Positions 31,151 to 38,617 of a stretch of DNA of 64,000 nucleotides are shown piece by piece. The notes below the pieces were generated by a model. That model was not told where the DNA came from. It saw only the letters and a program-made list of their open reading frames with translations, and made no database searches. The stretch spans positions 1 through 64,000 of the IMG/VR virus record IMGVR_UViG_3300036771_000052; one strand, given 5' to 3'. A program made the translations under genes and the position numbers. The stretch's first letter is position 1, and every line of letters begins with the position of its first letter. The stretch comes from a virus.

Positions 31151-32809
31151 GTGACGTCTCTCACTACTGTCACTTACCAGCCAACATCTTCCCCCCAATT
31201 GGGTAATTGGACTGTGACCGGCGCATCCTCGGGGTGGCAGGCTGTGTCCAGCGGCACCAACACAGAATACGTCCAACTCGCTGCGGGTATTTGCCGTCTG
31301 GCGTCGCAAGTCATCCAATTCGGATTCCCCACCCCTTCAATCCCCACCGGTGCGCAAGTGTATTCGGTGGGGATTCGCCGCACCGTCCAATGCTGTGTAC
31401 CGCCACCGATCCCGTTGTGTTTCCACTGGTTCGAGTGTTTAAGCGGAACAGTTGTTGTCGCCGGTCAATCCCCCGCGCCAGCCACAACGTTCTTCTCCTC
31501 TCCGTTACCTACAAACACTGTGACCGGTGTGTGGGTGACAGAAACTGTGTACACCTCGACGACGGCGCCGGACGGTTCAGCCTGGAATGTGGCGACGAAT
31601 CTATTGTCGGGGAACTTCGCCTACGAGATGGGTCGCGGCGACAGCTCCAACGTACCCATTTTGGTGTCCGAAGTGTATTTGGACGTCACCTACCAATCAG
31701 AATCGTCGGTCACCGTCACCGGACCAACAGGGACAGTGACAACTACTCAGCCGACGATTACGTGGACATACTTTTCAGCGGACAGCCAACCCCAACAAGG
31801 CTATCAGGTTGCAGTGTACACCTACGCGCAAACCACAGCGCTAGGTTTTGTCCCGTTCACCACCACACCCATCGACGGCACCAACGGATTCGTCCTCGGC
31901 GAAACCCTGCAATGGACAATGAATATCGACCTCACCAACGGTCAATACGTTGCGTACGTCCAGGCAGAGTCCCAGTGGGCCGGTCCGGGTAGTTTCCTCT
32001 CAGCTATTGGATCAACTACTTGGACTCGTTCGGTGTCGTCACCGCCAGCGAACGCGGTGTTCTCGTCCTGTGTATTCGATGCGGTGAATAATCGTGTCGC
32101 GTTGACGTTCGCGCCGGGTGGGACCTCACCGGCTACTGTCGCGTTCACTGTTTATGCCAGTCGTGACGGCGGTTTGAGTTGGACTCCTATCCCGAGTTTG
32201 ACGTATGTGCCGGCGCAAGGCATGAGCTCGATCACCAAATACGATTACGTGGCGCCGTTGAACACCACGTCACAGTATTACGTGTTGGCTTACGGCGGTT
32301 CCCCGCTAGCCGCGGCGGCGGCTCCATCGACGACTTTGTCGGTAACACCGGTCGGGGATCAGCCGTGGTTGAAAGACCCGTCGAACCCGATTTTGAACAC
32401 GGTGCTTCCAATTGCCGCGCCGAAACAAAGCGAAGACGGAATCAAAATCACCAAACGTCGCATGATGGGAACGTTCCAGCTACTCGGCGGCGCCGGCACC
32501 CAAGTATTACCGTTCATCGTTTCGGGACCAAATTACGGCGACGAATACACATTCGAGCTGATCTTCATCGAAAACGATCCGAATACACCAATGACGCTGT
32601 GGGCGCCAGTCGACGAACTCGACCGGTCGGGAAACACATTGTTGTTGCAGCTACCGGATGGGACCCAACTGTGGGTCGTGACCGGTCCCGGCGCCACCAG
32701 CCAGGACACCCAGGAAATGTACAACTCCGTTTCCGGTGACCCAACAGTCACATTCTGGCGTCGCCGCAAACTAACCATGACCCAGGTCGGACCACCCGAC
32801 TTCTATTAA
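31151..32809 (+). CDS. Minor tail protein (distal-tail-like, with FN3/Ig-like domains)
   Basis: Follows tape measure; PTITWTY...Q.GYQV and DYVAPLN...Y; C-terminal WLKDPSNP domain. Confidence 0.75.
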   Translation: MTSLTTVTYQPTSSPQLGNWTVTGASSGWQAVSSGTNTEYVQLAAGICRLASQVIQFGFPTPSIPTGAQVYSVGIRRTVQCCVPPPIPLCFHWFECLSGTVVVAGQSPAPATTFFSSPLPTNTVTGVWVTETVYTSTTAPDGSAWNVATNLLSGNFAYEMGRGDSSNVPILVSEVYLDVTYQSESSVTVTGPTGTVTTTQPTITWTYFSADSQPQQGYQVAVYTYAQTTALGFVPFTTTPIDGTNGFVLGETLQWTMNIDLTNGQYVAYVQAESQWAGPGSFLSAIGSTTWTRSVSSPPANAVFSSCVFDAVNNRVALTFAPGGTSPATVAFTVYASRDGGLSWTPIPSLTYVPAQGMSSITKYDYVAPLNTTSQYYVLAYGGSPLAAAAAPSTTLSVTPVGDQPWLKDPSNPILNTVLPIAAPKQSEDGIKITKRRMMGTFQLLGGAGTQVLPFIVSGPNYGDEYTFELIFIENDPNTPMTLWAPVDELDRSGNTLLLQLPDGTQLWVVTGPGATSQDTQEMYNSVSGDPTVTFWRRRKLTMTQVGPPDFY

Positions 32810-32818
32810 GGACACCCG

Positions 32819-33205
32819 GTGCAGGGATTCTCCAACGCATTCGCCGCGACAGTCCAAAACAATCATACAGCTGTTGTTGTCGTCCAAGCCGTCCAAAACG
32901 GGAAAGTCGTCGCCACCCTCCCGGTGCATGCCGGGTCGGTGACCGCCGACCGCACAGCCGCGCAATTACGAACATTCCAATTCGAGCTGGTGGACACGGA
33001 CGGCACCCTCACCCCCACCGGGATGACTTCACTATTGGCTCCTTTCGGTACGCGCGTGCAGTTGTTCCGGGGGGTTCGCATTAAGAACGTCGAAACAATC
33101 AGCGCGATCTACGGCGTGACGAATTCGTGGACGCCTCAAACCCCGACGGGGGAAATGAATGGCGTGAAGGTCGACGGCAACGGCGATCTCGCGCTCGGTC
33201 CGTAG
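32819..33205 (+). CDS. Baseplate hub-like (DUF5047-like) protein, N-terminal part
   Basis: LPVHAGSVTADRTAAQLRT...LLAPFGTRVQLFRGV. Confidence 0.7.
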   Translation: MQGFSNAFAATVQNNHTAVVVVQAVQNGKVVATLPVHAGSVTADRTAAQLRTFQFELVDTDGTLTPTGMTSLLAPFGTRVQLFRGVRIKNVETISAIYGVTNSWTPQTPTGEMNGVKVDGNGDLALGP

Positions 33206-33218
33206 GAGATTTTAGTTA

Positions 33219-33710
33219 ATGACCGCATATGCAGCCTATGGCACTGTCACCGGTTCATCGGGGCAGGTCAGCGTGGAACTGTTCGTTGCACCTGGCACGT
33301 ATGAGATTCGGGTGCCGTCGATCCACTTGGACTATGACGTGTTTCAGGCAAACTCGGCTGTTGTTAGCGCCACAGTTGGCTATTACACCGGCGGGATGTC
33401 TGGCGGATCGACAGTGCCGGTTGCCACTATGCGCCAAGGCGCGCCAGCCACAACGGCCACCGCAAAAACAGGTGCGACAGGGTCTGGGACTCAGTTCATT
33501 ATCGGCACGTTCGGTGCCGGCACTACTGTTCCACCCACTCCGCCGCTTACCGATTATGCACTGGACGACGGCTCCTTCATTTTCGAACCACCTTTCGATT
33601 GGATTCTTTCGCCAGGGACCGCCGTTTTTGTGAATATTAGCTCCTTCGGCTCAACAACGCTCGACGTCGTTATTTTCTATGAAGAGCTGCGGCTCTCTTG
33701 GCATTACTAA
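33219..33710 (+). CDS. Putative minor virion protein
   Basis: Beta-rich, Gly/Thr-rich ORF with RBS. Confidence 0.55.
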   Translation: MTAYAAYGTVTGSSGQVSVELFVAPGTYEIRVPSIHLDYDVFQANSAVVSATVGYYTGGMSGGSTVPVATMRQGAPATTATAKTGATGSGTQFIIGTFGAGTTVPPTPPLTDYALDDGSFIFEPPFDWILSPGTAVFVNISSFGSTTLDVVIFYEELRLSWHY

Positions 33711-33719
33711 GGACCGCAG

Positions 33720-34175
33720 ATGGCTAACTTTGTTTTTGACTATGCAATGGGTCGCTGGGTGGGACTGTACGGGCTCCCGTTGGGCAGCGACACCATCACT
33801 GTTGTTCTCGTCCAATCCACCGGTTTGCCATCCGATTCCACGTTGGCGGGTTACCAATACCTCAGTCAGGTGTGGTCCGGCGGCGGCATTGAGGCGACGT
33901 TCACTAACTATTCGCGGCAGACCATCACCAGCTCGGGTATCACGATCGGGGTCAACACCGGCACCGGGACAGCCACGGTGAGTGTGCCGAGCCAAGTGTG
34001 GAACGCCGCTGGTGGCGCGACCAATAACACGTTGGGCGCGTTGCTCACTTGTTACCAGCCGACGTCGATCAGTGCGGATTCCAGTATTCAGTTGTTGACG
34101 AAACATAATTTTGCGGCGACGACGACGGGTGGGAATCTGACTGCTGTCATCACGTCTGTCGGGACTGTGACGTAA
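33720..34175 (+). CDS. Minor tail / fibre-associated protein
   Basis: EATFTNYSRQTIT motif; similar in type to 38166-38567. Confidence 0.65.
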   Translation: MANFVFDYAMGRWVGLYGLPLGSDTITVVLVQSTGLPSDSTLAGYQYLSQVWSGGGIEATFTNYSRQTITSSGITIGVNTGTGTATVSVPSQVWNAAGGATNNTLGALLTCYQPTSISADSSIQLLTKHNFAATTTGGNLTAVITSVGTVT

Positions 34176-34954
34176 TGCCGGCAACTCTCCAGTTCTTTGA
34201 CATGACTGCGTCGGTCACTCCACCCAAAGGTCATTTGGAGCCATTGGTGATCACGTTGGGTCCGAACTGGCAGCCTAACGATATCCGGTTGTTCATCGCT
34301 TCCGGGTCGGCGTCTGAGACCGCGCCAGGCGGGACTGTCTCGGTTGAGATGCCGATGCTGACGGACCCGCCGCCTGCTTTCACCGCGGCATACAGTCTCA
34401 ATCCCGGCAACGAGACACACGGTGTGTATTACCGCCGGCTTGTGGCTGGGGATGACGACCAGTTTGTGGACTGGGTGAAACCGCCGAACTGGATGCATTA
34501 CATGACCGCGTTTCTCACGGTGCGGGGAGTGGACCCGGGCACTAACCCCACGGCGGGGTCATTGTCGGCTGGGTTCCCTGGCCGTATCAGCTACATCACC
34601 GCCGATTCCACGGACAGCACCACGGTCAGTTCGATCACGGTGCCGCATGCGGGGACGATGGTTTTCGCCATCGGGAATGTTGCCGCGCCGTCGTCCACAC
34701 CGTGGCCGAACTGGGCGGTGGCTATGGGTGTTCCGTCGGGTTGGACACCGCTGGTCGCCACTCCGAATAGCGGGAACACCTATTACCAGTACGACACGAA
34801 TCCGTGTTTCGAGGTAGTGGCGAATTCGTATAGCGCGGCCGGGTCGACCGGGAGCGTGGTGTTCCCGACTGGTCAAGGGTCTCCTGCGTTTGCGGGTTTG
34901 TATGTGTTTCTGACTCCGGCACCTGATGTGTCGGTGACGGTGGGAGCTGCGTAG
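34175..34954 (+). CDS. Minor tail / fibre head-domain protein
   Basis: Beta-rich with VPSGWT and GVYYRRL motifs; resembles the N-terminal domain of 38618-41518. Confidence 0.6.
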   Translation: MPATLQFFDMTASVTPPKGHLEPLVITLGPNWQPNDIRLFIASGSASETAPGGTVSVEMPMLTDPPPAFTAAYSLNPGNETHGVYYRRLVAGDDDQFVDWVKPPNWMHYMTAFLTVRGVDPGTNPTAGSLSAGFPGRISYITADSTDSTTVSSITVPHAGTMVFAIGNVAAPSSTPWPNWAVAMGVPSGWTPLVATPNSGNTYYQYDTNPCFEVVANSYSAAGSTGSVVFPTGQGSPAFAGLYVFLTPAPDVSVTVGAA

Positions 34955-34976
34955 CTTCGGAGAGAAAGCATGAGGA

Positions 34977-35600
34977 ATGACAGTACCTGAGAACGGTGTC
35001 CTGGTGGTACGGAACTTCGTGTTACCGCCGGAGGTGGCGTTGCTTGTTTCCATACTTGACGCCGCCGACGAACCTACCGAACTTAAGTCGGGAGAAGATC
35101 GCCAAATCCTCTTTAAGAGAGGCGTGCGCCGCACAGAGATCGAAGTGTCGGAAAAGATGTCCGCGCTATTGGAACCCGCTGTTGTCAAGCAGGTTTTAGC
35201 TATCCGGGACCGGGTTGCCGCGGCTATGTGCGAGGTTTTCGAGGTTCAGGGGCACAGCAACGATTTCAGTGCGCTGGTGGAGATGCGCGAGGGCGATTCT
35301 CATCGGCTCCACGCGGACGCCGAGAGGCTCACCCCGAAGGGGTGGCAGCCGAACCATTGTCCCTGGCGCAGCCTTTCCGCTCTCCTCTATCTCAACACCC
35401 AAGGTGTCGACTTCGAAGGCGGCCAGCTGAGCCTTCCCGGGGTTGGGCTGACTCTCTCCCCTGAGGTCGGGATGTTGGTGGCGTTCACCGCTGGCCGCCG
35501 CCACCAACATGAGGTGTGGACGATCACGGCTGGTAAGCGCCGGACGATGCCGGTCTGGCTACGAGATGATCATTGGGTACCCGGCGCGCCCACTGAATAG
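34977..35600 (+). CDS. 2OG-Fe(II) oxygenase (prolyl-hydroxylase-like)
   Basis: HxD (HAD), SALLYLN...FEGGQL, distal His (HEV) and the 2OG-binding Arg (GKR). Confidence 0.9.
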   Translation: MTVPENGVLVVRNFVLPPEVALLVSILDAADEPTELKSGEDRQILFKRGVRRTEIEVSEKMSALLEPAVVKQVLAIRDRVAAAMCEVFEVQGHSNDFSALVEMREGDSHRLHADAERLTPKGWQPNHCPWRSLSALLYLNTQGVDFEGGQLSLPGVGLTLSPEVGMLVAFTAGRRHQHEVWTITAGKRRTMPVWLRDDHWVPGAPTE

Positions 35601-35655
35601 TCCCTCGTTGAGCACCCGAATCGGGGTTTCAGGGGTTTAGAAATCGGGGTTTTTC

Positions 35656-37281
35656 ATGGCTGAAATAGATGCCGCAACTACGATCACCCCGAATGTGTCC
35701 ACCGCGGTTACTTACGCGATTTCGCCGGCGTTTGAGGTGGACAGTTCGGGTCCGGTGTTTAATCCGTTGTTGGGGTATTGGCAGTCTGATCCGTTGGTGT
35801 TGCCGGGGAATCCGGTGACGGGGTCGGTGGTGCGGTGGACCGCGAATGTCCCTGTAGGTACGGGTCTTGTGGTGCAGACGAGTATCAATAATGGTGTGTC
35901 GTGGGATTTGGCCACGAATGACCAGTCTGTGCCGCGGCTGCTGAATGGTGATACCACTACGCAGTCGGTGTTGGCGAAGATCACGATGACGAGAGCCACG
36001 AGTCCGTCGTTGTTCCCGAGTCCGTCGTTGTTCCCGAGTCCGTCTTTGTATCCAAGTGGTTCGCCGCCGTCGGTGTCCTACTTCGAATTAGATGTGTCGG
36101 TCGACGCCAGCGTTGACGAGCTGGTCCCGATCGGTGTGGGGATGATTGATGATGTCACCACCCACGCTACAGCCGGTACGTCCGGTTCCGGTTCAACCAC
36201 GAATGTTTCCACCTCTACCAGCGTGGTCAGCCAGGGTGGTGGCCAGTTCGGCGGCGGAGTCGCAATTAAGGTTCATGCTAACGATTTGAGTTACGCGATC
36301 AAAAGGAACGTGTGGCAACAACCATATACGGTTCCTAGTGGATTGTTGTACACCGACGCTATTAAGGCGATGGTGGAGGATCGTTTGCCGTCGCAGACCG
36401 CTTTCAATCTGTCGACCACAACAGCGACTACTCCTCTGTTGGTTTATGGCGCGTCGCAGGGTGGTGATCCGTGGCAGGACATTATGGAGTTGGCGGCGGC
36501 TATCGGGTTCGAAGTGTTTTTCGACGCCACCGGAGTGTGTGTGGTGCGGCCAATTCCCGATCCGGGTATCGGCGACCCGGTGTGGGCTTTTGACGAGAAT
36601 CTTGTTCCGCTGGTAGCGGAGGCGGAATTTGATTTGAGCTCGGAGCAAACATTCAATGACATTGTCGTTGTTGGCCAGTCGACTTCGTCGGCTAATCCTT
36701 TTTCCGGGGAGGCATTTGATAATGACCCAAACTCTCCGACATATATTTTGGGTCCGTATGGTCGGGTCACGCAGCGGGTTAATTCGTCTCTGATCACCTC
36801 ACAGTATCAGGCGCAGGCGATGGCGTATTCCGCTTTGTATGCGTCGCTCGGCGCGGCTAATACGGTGACTTTGACGACTGTTCCGATGCCGGCGTTGGAG
36901 CCGGGGGACATCATCTTCATTGTGTGTTCGGATGTGAAAGCGAACGGCACCTATATGATTAACCATTTGGAAATGCCGCTTTCCCCCGCTGATCCAGCTA
37001 TTTACACGTGTTTCCGCCAGTCTACGAGTGGGACGTTGGGGTTGGCCGGTGCGTTCGGCGTCACCGATGGTGTCACGATTAGTGGTTCCGCGGTGATCAC
37101 GTCCGAGTCCGCGGGCTTCACTTCGGGTGATATTGGTGCGTCGGTTTATGGGGTGGGGATTCCTGTGAATGCGACGATCATTTCGATCACCGATCCCGAT
37201 ACCGCGGTGATGTCGGCGAACGCGACCGCTTCGAACACTGATGTGTATTTGGTTGTGAGTGTCGGTTCCGGCACTCTCTAG
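35656..37281 (+). CDS. Baseplate hub-like (DUF5047-like) protein, C-terminal part
   Basis: ELVPIGVG, DPWQDIMELAAAIGFEVFFDATG, FNDIVVVG, GPYGRV, PMPALEPGD. Confidence 0.75.
   Translation: MAEIDAATTITPNVSTAVTYAISPAFEVDSSGPVFNPLLGYWQSDPLVLPGNPVTGSVVRWTANVPVGTGLVVQTSINNGVSWDLATNDQSVPRLLNGDTTTQSVLAKITMTRATSPSLFPSPSLFPSPSLYPSGSPPSVSYFELDVSVDASVDELVPIGVGMIDDVTTHATAGTSGSGSTTNVSTSTSVVSQGGGQFGGGVAIKVHANDLSYAIKRNVWQQPYTVPSGLLYTDAIKAMVEDRLPSQTAFNLSTTTATTPLLVYGASQGGDPWQDIMELAAAIGFEVFFDATGVCVVRPIPDPGIGDPVWAFDENLVPLVAEAEFDLSSEQTFNDIVVVGQSTSSANPFSGEAFDNDPNSPTYILGPYGRVTQRVNSSLITSQYQAQAMAYSALYASLGAANTVTLTTVPMPALEPGDIIFIVCSDVKANGTYMINHLEMPLSPADPAIYTCFRQSTSGTLGLAGAFGVTDGVTISGSAVITSESAGFTSGDIGASVYGVGIPVNATIISITDPDTAVMSANATASNTDVYLVVSVGSGTL
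36001..36054 (+). repeat. 3 x 18-bp tandem repeat encoding SPSLFP/SPSLYP
   Basis: AGTCCGTCGTTGTTCCCG twice plus one degenerate copy. Confidence 0.9.
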
Positions 37282-37289
37282 GAGATGTT

Positions 37290-37607
37290 ATGGCTACAGG
37301 TTCGGCTATTGCTCGCGCGGCGCGCGCCATCAAGAACGCGAATACCACAAATACGGCGTGGATGACACGCTCCGGTGTTTTAACAGTCCACATGGGGACA
37401 TTGACCAGGGTTGACCCTTTCAACGGGGTGGCGGATTTTCAGTTCCCTGATCCGTCTGTGCCGATTGTGCAGTCGGTGAGCTACCTCCAGCCGTACAGTT
37501 CGACGAACACTCCATCGGTGGGGGATGTTGTTATTGCTCACCAGTTCGGTAACGGTTTCATGATTATGGGTCAGCATATTGTTTTGAACGGTTTGGTGAG
37601 CATGTGA
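37290..37607 (+). CDS. Small tail spike / OB-fold-like protein
   Basis: SYLQPY...PSVGDVV...IMG pattern after the hub gene. Confidence 0.55.
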   Translation: MATGSAIARAARAIKNANTTNTAWMTRSGVLTVHMGTLTRVDPFNGVADFQFPDPSVPIVQSVSYLQPYSSTNTPSVGDVVIAHQFGNGFMIMGQHIVLNGLVSM

Positions 37608-37996
37608 CATCACCTCAGGGTCTGACCACGTTGGTGTATCCGTTGTGTATCCCGCAGGGAGCGGATTGGCCTGGTATCGATTTCCCGATTATTGGTCCGG
37701 ATGGTTCGCCGTACGATTTGACGGGGTGTTCGGCGTTGGGTCAGATTCGGTCTTCCCCCGGGTCGGATCAGTTGTATTTCACGTGGTCCACATCCCCTAC
37801 CACGGGTCAAGGTTTGATCACCTTATCGGCTAGCGTTCTGAATATCAGGGTATTGGCGGCTGAGTCGTCTTTGTGGACGTTCGAGTATGGCGCCTACGAC
37901 ATTCTATTAACTAACCCTGCCGCTCCTACGGGTTTTCAGGAATCCCGGGTTGTGATGGGTAAAGTCATTGTTTCTCAAGAGGTAACGGTTCTATGA
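37604..37996 (+). CDS. BppU-like baseplate / fibre adaptor
   Basis: IPQGADW...YDLTGCSALGQIR...YDILL...MGKVIVSQEVT. Confidence 0.7.
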   Translation: MTSPQGLTTLVYPLCIPQGADWPGIDFPIIGPDGSPYDLTGCSALGQIRSSPGSDQLYFTWSTSPTTGQGLITLSASVLNIRVLAAESSLWTFEYGAYDILLTNPAAPTGFQESRVVMGKVIVSQEVTVL

Positions 37997-38169
37997 GCGA
38001 AGTTCGTGTTCCCCGTAAATGCATCTATTGCAAGGTTGAAGACACTGAGCCTAAGCATGAAAATATTTTGCCGGGGTTTGTGTCTGTGTATGCGCATAAG
38101 GGTTGTTGCGCGGATGTCACCAATTGTGAGTTGTGCGGTCCTGAGGTCCTGGAAGGGGTTAATCAGTGA
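37993..38169 (+). CDS. 58-aa Cys/His-rich protein, not in the ORF track
   Basis: ATGA and GTGA overlaps with both neighbours; CIYC...H...HKGCC...CELC. Confidence 0.7.
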   Translation: MSEVRVPRKCIYCKVEDTEPKHENILPGFVSVYAHKGCCADVTNCELCGPEVLEGVNQ

Positions 38170-38567
38170 GTAATATCGTTACCGTTGAGGCTAACAACAT
38201 TTTGGGTTCGAGTGTCGCCGGGAGCTCTTACACCGCTCCGACAACGCCGGTGAATTTGGCGTTGATCACCACTACCACTCCTTCGACCGCTACCGCGGCT
38301 GGTAGCGAGGTGTCGGGTGGGTCGTATGCGCGTATGTCCACTGCGGGTATTTGGGGGTCGGCGTCTAGCGGGTCGATCACTAATTCGGCGGGGTCGGTGA
38401 GTTTCACCAGCATGCCATCTTGCACCATCGGCGGTATCGAGTTGTGGGATTCCGCAGGTACTCCTATTCGACGTTGGTTCGGAACTTTAACCGGCGGCAG
38501 CAAAACTGTGAACAGCGGCGACACCGTCACATTCGCCACATCGAGCATCTCCATCAGCTTGTCCTAA
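38166..38567 (+). CDS. Tail-fibre-associated protein
   Basis: EVSGGSYAR...ITN...LWDSA...SKTVNSGDTVTF. Confidence 0.75.
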   Translation: MSNIVTVEANNILGSSVAGSSYTAPTTPVNLALITTTTPSTATAAGSEVSGGSYARMSTAGIWGSASSGSITNSAGSVSFTSMPSCTIGGIELWDSAGTPIRRWFGTLTGGSKTVNSGDTVTFATSSISISLS

Positions 38568-38617
38568 AAGTCTAGGCCGGGTATCCGGTCATCTAATCGG
38601 TGGAGGGATGACCGGGT

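Noticed and set aside
33203-35754. T4 gene 60-style ribosomal bypass or a self-splicing intron
   Set aside because: A 2.5-kb gap with four intact genes is far beyond known bypass distances, and no group I/II intron core or maturase is visible
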